From positions 2,480,001 through 2,544,000 of the forward strand of contig CATNEN010000032.1 in assembly GCA_950097015.1 (NCBI GenBank): a DNA stretch of 64,000 nt, given 5' to 3'. The notes under the pieces are model-generated. The model worked only from the letters and a program-made list of their open reading frames with translations. It was not told the DNA's origin and did no database searches. A program made the translations under genes and the position numbers. The stretch comes from Macrostomum hystrix (taxonomy: Eukaryota; Animalia; Platyhelminthes). Of the stretch, positions 44,409 to 56,314 are shown piece after piece; position 1 is the stretch's first letter; each line of letters starts with the position of its first letter.

Positions 44409-47400
44409 CTACATGCGGCCCGCGGTGGCAGTGATTGGGCCCAGGGCGAAGCGAACCGCGCCACCGTTGTAGCCTGAGTCGGGCGGGCTGAGCCGAAAAC
44501 TCGCCGAAGATGACGACGAAGACGAAGAGGAAGCTGTTGAAGAGGCTTCGAAGTCTTCCAGGGAGTCGCAGGAGCTGGCGATGGAGAAGCTGGCCGCAGT
44601 GGTTGGCGCTGCGACGGCGGCGGCAATTGGCGTGGTTTGAGGCGCGGCCGCGCTGGTGAACCAGGGGTGGCGCAGCATCTGCTCGACGGTTGGCCGCCTG
44701 GCTGCGTCCAGCTGCAGGCAGGACATGATGAGGTGGCGACAGTCGTCGCTGACTTGCCGGCAGAAGAACGGCTCGCACTTGCAGATCTGATCGTCGCGCT
44801 CAAACGGAATGTCGCCGCAGACCATGTCAAACAGCAGGATACCCAGGGACCAGACCTCGGCCTTCTTGCCGTTGTACCGGTGCCAGCGGATCCACTCCGG
44901 CGGGCTGTACACTCGGGTGCCTGCGGATTCAAAGGCGATGAGTGTAAATGAAGGTCGGAGTCAGTTGCACTGCAGCCCACAGCTATTTACACACGGAGCA
45001 AGCATTCTAAATAAAGCTATTAAGCAAATAGAGGACTCAGCGGGTGTTTGAGATTCGCTATCCCAGTGAGACAATGGCCCGGGGGTGTGGACAGCGGGAG
45101 GCGCACTTTCTGGATCCGGTCGGAGCAGGCCGGTGGCACTCAGCATGGGAAGAGAAAAAGCAAAGCGTGTCCCGCTGCGTTGGTCCGACATTTCAAATCT
45201 TCTCTTCGGTGTTTTATGCCTATCCCGGCAGAAAGGTATTTCGTCCATTCCATTTTATTGCGGCATGGTCGGCAGTCTGCACGCCAAAAGTGCGATAGTA
45301 CGAGCCAGTAAAGCCATGTGCCGCGGCATTGCTGAATTAAAAGCCAAATCCGAAATGCATTCGTTTCCCCTCGGTTCTCCCTACGTATATTGCTCGCAGC
45401 TAACTTTAGAAGGCCACGGCAGCAGGTTTGGGGAACGTATAGCAGCGTGTGTGCAAAATCCATTTGCACTGCACTGTAGGGATTTTGTTGTCTGTATCGT
45501 AGCAATGGCTTCAAAATAACACGGGCCCCGCCCCAGTGATTCCGTAGAGGTAGAGCTCTCTCCCTCCTACCCTGCAGGAAGCGAAGGAATGCGTGGGCCG
45601 GCAAGTAGACGCCAGCCAAAACTGGCGGGGTGGTCTGCGTGAGGAATTGGGGTCGGGAAAGGGAAGGAACATTGGCGGTGCTTCTGGGCGTGGGAGTTGG
45701 GTGGGTGGGTCTCGTTGGTAGGTGGGCGCCAGCCGGCCGGCAAAATTCTCTCTCCTATTCCAATTCTAAGCGAGGCCCCACCAATTTATACTATTTACCC
45801 CAACAATCCTAAAAATAAAGCGAACATTTGGCGGCCACGGGTATAAAATAACCCCCCTCTCGGCCTCTCTCCCTTATCGCGCAGTCATCCCGCGCCTCTA
45901 TTTTTCTACCCCCCTCACCCCACTCCCTCCCTATTGTGCGTATAAAAGGCCAGGGGGTTGTGGGGTTGATGAACTGACGACCGCCACCCCAGCCCCGATG
46001 GAGAAGGGGGGCGAGAGGACCGGCTGAGTGGGTGGGTTGGGGTTGCAAAATAGCTGAGTCAGCACTAAGCCAGTTCGGGCACACACACAGACGCATTTAC
46101 TCGCAGTTCTCAGTTCTACGTGTCTGTAATAGCAGAAGGCTAGGACTCACCCACACACCCCACACTCTGAGGACAGGGAGAGGACACCGAATGCAATTAA
46201 GTGTCAGGGGGAACTTGAGAAATAAAAATGCTCACGGGGCTCGGCTCAGAAAAATAAGTAAGACAGCCAGCCACCCCCTCATTGCTTCGAACAAACCAAT
46301 TTTCTCAGCTGTGAGAATGCATTCCATTGAACCGGCGTTTGCTTACGCCCAAGAAAATTTTTGAGACTAAAAAAAGAATCTCAGGAAACACGCGTTCACA
46401 CCCACGCGTGGAGCATTGGCGCGCAGACTATTTGCTTTTAGTGAGGTACAAAAAGGAAAAGGAAAGAGAGAGAGAGTACTCAACACGTGAAATAGAAGGC
46501 TAATGCAGGCATTTTCTTTGCGAAAGCAGACCCGAGAGGGGTACTTAGTGCGTACGTACGATTGCACTAAACAAGAGCGGTAGAGTTGGTTGTGTTTGCC
46601 GGATAGAGGAAATCTTTCACTTGAAATCGATAATTTCTTTTCCAAATTTTTAGCCGAAAATTGATTGATTGCTAACATATTTTCTAGAGGAATATTTCCA
46701 GACTTTTCCCAGTAGCAAGGTCCACTTTGCAGGCGTAACGCCTACGCTGACACATATTTGCTTGGAGCTAAAGATCTTCTACAGCTAAAATCCCAATAAT
46801 TGATCCAGCCAATTTAGGCGGTATAAAAACTTGATGTTAAGTCCTTCTAGTTTTCTGTAGACTCTATAAAACAAGGACAGGACGAGGCCCAGACGAACTT
46901 TTATCATCGGTGTCTCAATTCGTGTCCTCGAATGCGTTTCCTTTCGCATTGTTGGCTAGTTAGGAGAGCAAAATTTTAAATATGTTGCCTAGAAATCTAG
47001 AATTGGATTGCGCACTAAACAAAATCATGAAACTGGCTGACTGGGCCAGACGCCACAGGAAATGTGACCCAGACGGGGACGGTCCAGAAGCCTAGCTAGA
47101 CTTCCTTGCTCCACCAAAGGGCCGGCAACAGCTACGCCCTGTTGCTAGCAGTAGGCCCACATTTCAGACAGCTGAGCAACATAGCTTGGCTGACTTCTCG
47201 GATATTATAGCTTTAACTATTAAATCAGAAACCTATTTATAACTTATTCGGGTTAAAACAATCTTTCTGGCTTCCTCGGTGACCCAGTCTAGAGTCAGAC
47301 TGTCGTCTACTGCTAGGCTGACCAGTTTACAGTGTCCAGACATTTAGTATTGTATTGAGAAATCCGATCCAAATAGGAAATGCATCACTACTTTAACTAT

Positions 47401-48955
47401 GCTTATTATTATGCTTATGTTAATTACAAAGCTAGCCAGACAGTAGACTAGACTGAATTTTATTCGAATATTATTTTTCATTTCCTTTTAGGCACAGTCT
47501 TACCCCTACTGGGGGCTTCGTCATGTGTGTTACGCAATCGTCACCACAGAATGAAAGAGAAGAAGCGATGGCCACAGATGGCCTCGGCCCGAGTGGGGGT
47601 GTGACGCCACAGCACGCCGGCCTTGCCTTAGGGGGTGGCGGGGCTTTCGAGGTGAAGCCTGCGATGATTCAATGAGGCCGGAGGGAGAGAGGCACGGGAG
47701 ACAGACAGAACACGGCCTGGGTGCATGGCCCGGTCAGGCCCTGACCTCACTAAAACTGGAATGGGGTTGGTTAGGCCCGGGATGACTGTCTGGGGAAGCG
47801 AACGCTTTCGAGAAGGATACCACGCACTCAATGCGTGCTTGATAAGGCCACGAGGAAAAGGGAAGAGAACGCTGAATGTACCGACTGTACACTAAACCTC
47901 CCCTCTCAGCCCGGCTTAAGCAGATAAAGACTAGATCTAAGAACAAAGACTTGTCCTGATCGGATTGGGGACATGACACCGAAGGGCGGCTAAGGTTTCC
48001 GTAAAAACAAAGACACATGATTAACTGCTCAGTGCTCACCATCGAAATCGGTGTAGTCGGTTTCCTTCAGAAACGCGCCCGAGCCGAAATCAATCAGATG
48101 AATAGATCCGTCACCAAGGTTAACTAGCAGATTCTCATCCTTGATGTCGCGATGCAGGATGCCAGCCTGGTGGCAGGCCAGCAGGGTCTCCAGCAGCTGC
48201 TTCATAAAAGACTTGGCCTCAAACTCCTGCAGAAACTTCTTCTGGGAGATGTAGTCAAACAAATCCAGGGAGTGCTTGATCTTGCGCATCACAATCACCC
48301 ACTCGTTTGGTCCCTCATAGTAGGCGATGGGCTGCACAATGCCGCTGATGTTCTTGCACTTCTGCAGCAGAACAATCTCCACTGGCAGCTTCTGGCCGTT
48401 GGGCTGTATTGTTTTAAGATAATGTTTCTTTGGTGAAGACACGGACAATCAATAATAAAGTGAACAGTGCCTGCGACTGTGTCTATTTACGAACTGCACA
48501 TAAATACGGACGAAGATTTGCTTACCAGCTTATGCCAGCAGAACTGGGACATCTTGTCCTTCTGAATGACTTTGACGGCTGTCTCCAGATTGTCCCGCAG
48601 GCGCAGGCCCTCGTACACTTTGCCAAAGCCGCCGCTGCCCAGCTCCTTGCCAAGGCGGTATTCACGGCGGAAATCCTCCAACGGTTGGCACGACGGGTAG
48701 GAATCGCATTGCTGTCGAACTTCGCCTTTAGAAACAAAATCAAGAGGGTAATATAAAAAATAAGGAGTGTTCAATTCAAAGTTTAGCTTCGACGAGAATG
48801 CCTTCATGTCTGCTTGCAATCAGCATCTCGAACTCACTAACTCGCTTTTGACTTTAGTTAGTTTTGTACCAGTCAAAATGCAAGGAGCCTGACTTACCGG
48901 AGACGGCAATCCGCTGAGGCAGTGTTGCTTGTAGAAAAATATTCAACCTGTCCAT
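44409..48955 (-). CDS. PIM: Pim-family serine/threonine kinase, 4 exons
   Basis: Exons 48955-48898, 48725-48526 (AAG acceptor), 48403-48040, 44920-44409. Motifs: LGSGGFGKVY, AVK, DLFDYI, HRDIKDENLL, IDFGSGA, YTDFDGTRVYSPPEWI, VWSLGILLFDMVCGDIPFE. Confidence 0.95.
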
Positions 48956-49068
48956 TTCAGCTTAAAGCTTGAGAATTCACAAGCAAAGAATTTATTTTAA
49001 GTAAGGAAAAATCGGCTCCCCCACAGCGTTTAGCTTTCGGGTAACAAAATGGCCAGACGACACGAATA

Positions 49069-49123
49069 AGTGAGGGCACGAACACTCACAGAGTTTATAT
49101 GCTTACGAACACGTCGCTATTGG
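49069..49123 (-). promoter_or_regulatory. Candidate Pim core promoter: CCAAT, TATA, Inr
   Basis: CCAAT at 49123-49119, TATAAA at 49100-49095, Inr-like CTCACTT near 49075-49069, about 115 nt upstream of the ATG at 48955. Confidence 0.5.
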
Positions 49124-49827
49124 TAGCGCCGTGTGGCCCCCCCACGGGACCACCCACCCCATCCTGACTTGCGCACGTTTTCGGTTTGGTATTCTTGCAC
49201 GAAAGTTGTACAGTGAAGTAGTTATAAAAAATATTTATTAAGCAGACAAATTAGAAAATAAAAGCATTAGTTTATTTTGAAAATAGAAAATCAATGATTA
49301 ATCGAATATATTAGCTCTTCCTTCCCATTTTTCCTGGCAATAGATCCTCAGAAATTGGATCTACTTTGTACATCTATTTTAATGGGGGGTGACACACTGA
49401 AGCAGTGCCCATATAGCGGAGCGGGCTAAATTTGGAATGGGTATTCCATTTACTGACACATTGAAGTAGACTGAGACCCAAAAATAGTATCACTGGTCCC
49501 GCGGATTCTCCGCGTAGAAGGATGGAGGAAGATAAAGGTTTTCAAGGATGTTGCAGGCAAAATTAAAATAAATTTGCGCTTTTATTCTAGGCTTACGAGG
49601 ATGCTATTTCCGGACCGAAATTCATTCCCGATCCACTATAATAGACAGAGTAAGGGGAATGAAGGTCAGAATTTTAACCTAGATCTAAAGCTTTGATGTA
49701 TTGTTTACTTTGAAGATTTCCTTATTAAATTGCACATTTCCTGCCTTGATTCCACAGATAACGATAAGAGATAAATTCGGATACGGATTAGTCTTCAGCG
49801 ACTATTTCGAAGTTAAGAAACTATACA

Positions 49828-50353
49828 TATAGCTTTTGCCATTCAATCTCAGTGTTTTTTCATTCATACTCAGCCCCCATAGAATTAATCCAGCCAGTTG
49901 GCGCCGTTTGGCCCATAGACTATTGTTCTGTGCCATTCAATCTCGGGTTTTGTCATTCAAACTCAGGCTTTAATGGTAGATTTATGCTAGGCTTCCGAGT
50001 GCGTAAATAGTCTTTGCACGAGTGCGCGCAGCGCACGAGTGCCATAGACTATTTACGCACTAGGAAGCCTAGCATAAGTGCATTGATTTATGACCAAGTG
50101 TGTGTGCGCAAGACCAGCTCCTTCGGCCCATAGACAATACCCGTCTGGGATTTACTGCATAGTAGCTCAGAAGAGGGATGGCACGGAGATCAAGTGGAGT
50201 ATCATTTACCGCACAGTTGCGGAATTTACTGCACACTTCAATCTATTTCTTTGATGGTCTTTGGGCCATAAACTATACACGAGCTTGAGACGTTTACGCA
50301 CACTTGGTTATATGTCAATGACAAAACACTGAGATTGAATGGCAAAAGCTATA
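49828..50353. mobile_element. About 526-bp MITE-like element with ~36-bp TIR and an internal hairpin
   Basis: TATAGCTTTTGCCATTCAATCTCAGTGTTTT at the left end and its reverse complement ending at 50353. Internal 31/32-bp inverted repeat at 49982-50013 / 50046-50077. Confidence 0.8.
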
Positions 50354-51124
50354 CTAGGCATAGCTACGATTGCTAACAATGAATTTCAATACAAGGAATG
50401 AAAGCAAAAATACGTAGTACAAAACGTTCACTTCCAATAAATAGTATGCGGAAAAATATACTTGTAATCTAAATCTTGTAATAAAATGAAAATGTAAACT
50501 TCAAGAAGACTTCTCTATTAGCGGAGGGAATATTTCGGAGCTAATTTAGTTTTTTATTTTTTTCTGAAATTTACTAGCTCTCTGTTGAATTAGGTAATTA
50601 GCGAATTCGAGTTTTCACTAAGGAGAGATTAAGCGGAACACGAGCAGGGAAGTTGCAACTGAGGCAAAATGTGCTGACAGTCTTCAGATAGGAGAAAGAA
50701 GGTTAGGCCCTTGGGTCAGGCCAGGCAAGACCGCGGGGTCGTGTCCTCGGTCGGAGTTATGTAACGCCCTCTCCCTCAGTCGGATCCCAATCCCAAACTC
50801 CCAGACGCGCGCACACTCACCCCCCGTCCCAAAAAGCAATTCCCTTCAATCTTTCGCCCTCAGTTGGCCTCTCAAGCTATAGATGAGCTTCCTCTGATGC
50901 TCAAGAGTAGGTTACTGACTTCCTCAATCCCAGCTTCACTGCCTGTCAATAGCCGAATTAGAGCAAATATTCTCAGAGGTTTGGCGCAGACTCTCAGACA
51001 CATCAGGAGATTGAATCTAAAAGCTGCCCAAATTGTGTGTTATTTGTGTGTCTAGGCCCCCCTAACTTCTTTCCATGAGCTAGTTTGCGGAATAAATGGA
51101 AAATTTATAACTAAATAATTACGA

Positions 51125-52250
51125 TGGAATAAAGAAAAAGGAGAAGAGTAGAAGAAGAAGGATGAGGGGAGGAGAATAATTATGCGGAATAGGAGAAGAA
51201 GGAAAAGAACAAGAAAAATGAGAAGAAAGAGAGGGTTGAGAAGAAGAAGAAGAACGAGAAGAACGAGATGAAGTAGAGGAAGGAGGAAGGAGAAGAACGA
51301 GAGGAAGAAGAGGAAGGAGAAGAATAAGAGAAAGGAGAAGAACGAGAGGAAGGAGAAGAACAAGAGGAAGGAGAAGAAGGAAAAGAACAAGAAAAATGAG
51401 AAGAAAGAGAGGGTTGAGAAGAAGAAGAAGAACGAGAAGAACGAGATGAAGTAGAGGAAGGAGGAAGGAGAAGAACGAGAGGAAGAAGAGGAAGGAGAAG
51501 AATAAGAGAAAGGAGAAGAACGAGAGGAAGGAGAAGAACAAGAGGAAGGAGAAGAAGGAGATGAAGGAGAGAAAGGAGAGGAAGAAGAGGAAGGAGAAGA
51601 ACGAGAGGAAGGAGAAGAACAAGAGGAAGGAGAAGAACAAGAGGAAGGAGAAGAACGAGAGGAACAAGAGGAAGGAGAAGAATAAGAGAAAGGAGAAGAA
51701 CGAGAGGAAGGAGAAGAACAAGAGGAAGGAGAAGAAGGAGATGAAGGAGAGAAAGGAGAGGAAGAAGAGGAAGGAGAAGAACGAGAGGAAGGAGAAGAAC
51801 AAGAGGAAGGAGAAGAACGAGAGGAAGGAGAAGAACGAGATGAAGGAGAGAAAGGAGAGGAAGAAGAAGAACGAGAGGAAGGAGAAGAACGAGAGGAAGG
51901 AGAGGAAGGAGAGGAAGGAGAGGAAGGAGAGGAAGGAGAGGAAGGAGAGGAAGGAGAGGAAGGAGAGGAAGGAGAGGAAGGAGAGGAAGGAGAGGAAGGA
52001 GAGGAAGGAGAGGAAGGAGAGGAAGGAGAGGAAGGAGAGGAAGGAGAGGAAGGAGAGGAAGGAGAGGAAGGAGAGGAAGGAGAGGAAGGAGAGGAAGGAG
52101 AGGAAGGAGAGGAAGGAGAAGAACGAGAGGAAGGAGAGGAAGGAGAGGAAGGAGAGGAAGGAGAGGAAGGAGAGGAAGGAGAGGAAGGAGAGGAAGGAGA
52201 AGACCGAGAGGAGAATAATGATGATGAGTAGAAGAAGAAGGAGGTGAAGA
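51125..52250. repeat. Polypurine GAA/GGA low-complexity tract with a (GAGGAAGGA)n core at about 51895-52200
   Basis: Direct inspection. Contains duplicated ~180-bp sub-blocks. Confidence 0.93.
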
Positions 52251-52517
52251 ATAATAATTTAAAGAAGATAAATAAGTGTTGAATCAAAACAGCTATCGTC
52301 ATTTTCTTTTTAAATGCTTTCTGCAGCCATTCTTCGTATAATAGCCAATTGTCACATAGAAATAGTAGGCAGCTCAACTCGTGCTACGAGTGTGACTCAG
52401 CCAGCCAAGCCTTGTATTATTCGATTCGCATAAATTTTCGTGTCAAAATGTTGCGTAATAAATTGCCTCCCGCCCAGCCGGCATCGTACAGGGTTTATTT
52501 GGGTCATTCTGTGCGTT

Positions 52518-52544
52518 CAGCAGCAGCAGCAGCAGCAGCAGCAG
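52518..52544. repeat. (CAG)9 microsatellite
   Basis: Direct inspection. Confidence 0.9.
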
Positions 52545-52984
52545 CCGTGACAGCTGGGCTCAGGGGACACGTGCGTGCTCGCGAACATCTGTCCGCAATG
52601 TGACAAACGGCACCAAGATGACAAAATATGCCCTCTATGGCAAAAATCGATATCAATATTGGTGCGGCTTTCACATATACTCGTAACTCGCTAATCAATC
52701 AAACTCTTTGATAGAAACAAAATTGGACCCTGGCTTGGATTTAGACGGAAGTTTGACACGTGTTAATTGCACTGTAGAGCTCACAAACAAGGGAAAGCTA
52801 CATTTGATTCAATGTCTGTGAATCATGATTTCCTGTTGATAATTTTCAACTATTTATCAACGCAACGATCGACACTGTGCTGTGACAGGGGCTTCGGGCG
52901 CAAAGACAAATGAATCATTGGGGACAAAGAGATGAGATGAGAAGAATGATCTGTTATCGCTTGATTGTCAGACTCCGACAGAGC

Positions 52985-53640
52985 TCCAGCCTGTTAGACA
53001 GAGCTGTTAGACAGAGCTTCAACCTGTTAGACAGACCTGTTAGACAGAGCTTCAACCTGTTAGACAGACCTGTTAGACGGAGCTGTTAGACAGAGCTGTT
53101 AGACGGAGCTGTTAGACAGAGCTGTTAGACAGAGCTTGAACCTGTTAGACAGAGCTTCAACCTGTTAGACAGAGCTTCAACCTGTTAGACAGAGCGTTAA
53201 TCTGTTAAACGGAGCTTCAACCTGTTAGACAGAGCGTTAACCTGTTAAACGGAGCTTCAACCTGTTAGACAGCTGTTAGACAGCTGTTAGACAGAGCTGT
53301 TAGACAGAGCTGTTAGACAGAGCTCCAACCTGTTAGACAGAGCTGTTAGATAGAGCTGTTAGACAGAGCTGTTAGACAGAGCTCCAACCTGTTAGACAGA
53401 GCTGTTAGACAGAGCTCCAACCTGTTAGACAGAGCTGTTAGACAGAGCTCCAACCTGTTAGACAGAGCTGTTAGACAGAGCTCCAACCTGTTAGACAGAG
53501 CTGTTAGACAGAGCTCCAACCTGTTAGACAGAGCTGTTAGACAGAGCTGTTAGACAGAGCTCCAACCTGTTAGACAGAGCTGTTAGACAGAGCTCCAACC
53601 TGTTAGACAGAGCTCCAACCTGTGTCACCTGTTAGACTAG
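52985..53640. repeat. CTGTTAGACAGAG(CTCCAAC) satellite, TGTTAGAC family
   Basis: Mixed 13-bp and 20-bp monomers sharing CTGTTAGAC. Confidence 0.94.
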
Positions 53641-54824
53641 ACTCTTCTCTGCAAAGCAGATACTGTTCAGTCTCTCTCTCATTCTAATTATTTTTCCTTT
53701 TCTTAGAATTTACACAGCAAGGGTCACACAGCAGGGTCACACAGCTGGCTCACACAGCAGGGTCACACAGCAGGGTCACACAGCAAGGGTCACACAGTTA
53801 ACTGTTGTGATTAGTATATTTCGCTTGTCCATTTGTTAATAAACCTGTTAACCCCACAATGGTTCATCCCAAAAAAGGTTTAAATCCCTAGAAGCATTGC
53901 TAAGCATGCATATTCACACATAACTATTTGTAGTGACTGTGAAACCATGAGTCCGCTACTGCTTGCATACTGATGATCTCAAGAAGTGAATAAACAAGTT
54001 TGTCAGCCTAATCGCTAGCAGAATGGAAGTTCCTGAATGCATAAGTACGAATTTTGTATTCTGTTATTGGCAATTAGGAAATGGCAAACCTAGTGCACTA
54101 GCTGTCCCTGAGCCGCGATCGTCTGCAAAGCTATGGGGATTTAATCCCATGGGGATTTAATCCCAACTCCTAGAAGCTTAGAAAGCGGAGAGAGGGATTT
54201 ATATGCGGACTTAGCGGCGTGGCACAGAAGTAAACAGCTCAATGACTTCCAGATCTCATAGTCCATTTCTGTCTGCTAAATGAGTACACGCGAGTACGGG
54301 GCGTGTTTGAGTAAGTCTGTTGACTCCGCTTGTAAATGGTAGCAGGTGTCAGCACCTATATAAATAAACAAAGAAAAGCAGCTATTTATCTACCGCTATT
54401 TTACAATTCCCATTCTGCTGACTTCTTGTCCTGTATAAATTTAATCATAATATATAGATATAAGTCAATAATCCACATGTTGCCATGCGGGGGGGAGGAT
54501 TAAGCTGCTGGCTGAGCCCTACAATGTTTTGATAAATAAGAAAGCGTGTATACACCTATGGGAAGGTTCGCATGGTCTTCTATTGACGGAGCTATTTGGT
54601 TAATAAAAACATTGTCAACAATAGGAGTCGGCTGCACGTGAAGCGGAAGACACACTTTCCTGCATTGTCTTGCCCGCGCTCGCTACTCGACTCACTTTCC
54701 TGTTTTTTGCTCTGACTTTATTGTTGTTTTTGTTTACTGCGGAGACCGTCTGGCTGTGTCTATCCTTTTCTGGAGGTCAATTTTATGCCTGCTTGTAGCA
54801 CGTACACGTCTGTAGCTGTCTGTA

Positions 54825-55670
54825 ACCTGTATCTGCATGTATCTGTCTGTATCTGTCTGTATATCTGTATCCCTCTGTATCTGTCTGTATATCCGTATTC
54901 CTCTGTATCTGTCTGTATATCTGTATACCTCTGGATCTGTCTGTATATCTGTATCCCTCTGTATCTGTCTGTATATCTGTATCCCTCTGTATCTGTCTGT
55001 ATAACCGTATCCCTCTGTATCTGTCTGTATATCTGTATACCTCTGTATCTGTCTGTATATCTGTATCCCTCTGTATCTGTCTGTATATCCGTATCCCTCT
55101 GTATCTGTCTGTATATCTGTATCCCTCTGTATCTGTCTGTATAACCGTATCCCTCTGTATCTGTCTGTATATCTGTATCCCTCTGTATCTGTCTGTATAT
55201 CTGTATCCCTCTGTATCTGTCTGTATATCTGTATCCCTCTGTATCTGTCTGTATATCTGTATCCCTCTGTATCTGTCTGTGTTTCAATTTGTATCTGTCT
55301 GTACCTGTCTGTACCTACCGCGTCAGTCTGTAACTGTCTGTAACTGTCTGTACCTGTCTGTACCTTCCGCGTCAGTCTGTATCTGTCTGTACCTGTCTGT
55401 ACCTACCGCGTCAGTCTGTAACTGTCTGTAACTGTCTGTACCTGTCTGTACCTTCCGCGTCAGTCTGCAACTGTCTGTAACTGTCTGTACCTACCGCGTC
55501 AGTCTGTAACTGTCTGTAACTGTCTGTACCTGTCTGTACCTACCGCGTCAGTCTGTAACTGTCTGTATCTGTCTGTACCTGTCTGTATCTGTCTGTACCT
55601 GTCTGTACCTTCCGCGTCAGTCTGTAACTGTCTGTAACTGTCTGTACCTGTCTGTATCTGTCTGTATCCA
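54825..55670. repeat. 28-bp CTGT-based minisatellite grading into a CTGTCTGTA(A/C)C / CCGCGTCAGT compound array
   Basis: Direct inspection. Confidence 0.92.
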
Positions 55671-55755
55671 TCTGAAATTTAGTTTTCCTTTTGTATTTAT
55701 CCTTATGTGCCTCACTGCACCTTGTCTACCTTACCTGTATTATTTTTGCTGATGC

Positions 55756-55877
55756 GATGAGAAAGTCAGGGCAGATGTACACACCTGTGTGAGCGTGTGC
55801 CTGCGTACAGTATCTGTGTGCGTGTGTGCTCAGGAGTCAGGGCAGAATAGCTTACTCGCTGGCTGCGGGTCCAGTGT
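55756..55877. repeat. Dispersed repeat copy 2, homologous to 18735-18860
   Basis: Colinear similarity to the RBM28 intron segment, same orientation. Confidence 0.8.
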
Positions 55878-56314
55878 CATCAAATAATGTGACATATTAT
55901 TAACCTCTGAGCTACAACTTACCTTGTCTTATCCCAAGATTTTCTTATCACAAGATTTTCTTATCACAAGTTTCTCAGACTATGCCCAAAAAAGCATAGG
56001 AGTCCTTACTGAGACTCTCTAAAGCTGTCTAAAAATAGAAACTCGAGATTGAAATAAGAACTGCAAAAACTGGAATCTCTCTCAGCCTGCACCATTCGAA
56101 CTTGTTCTATTTTTAGCATCAATCCAAACAGACGCGTTTACAATTTGAATTATTAGCAGCACGGTGCGTTGTTATGGTGGCCAAACAACACATCCGGGTC
56201 AATAATAAGCGCTGCACCCAGGTGTATATGAAGCCACATGATGCCTCAGATTGCTCTCATGTTGTGCAGCTGTGACTCTGACCTTGCGAAGCACCGAGAA
56301 CCGAAAATAAAGTG

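Noticed and set aside
51052-52377. Ser/Pro-rich, Phe/Leu-rich and Lys/Glu/Arg-rich ORFs
   Set aside because: Polypurine low-complexity tract open on both strands.
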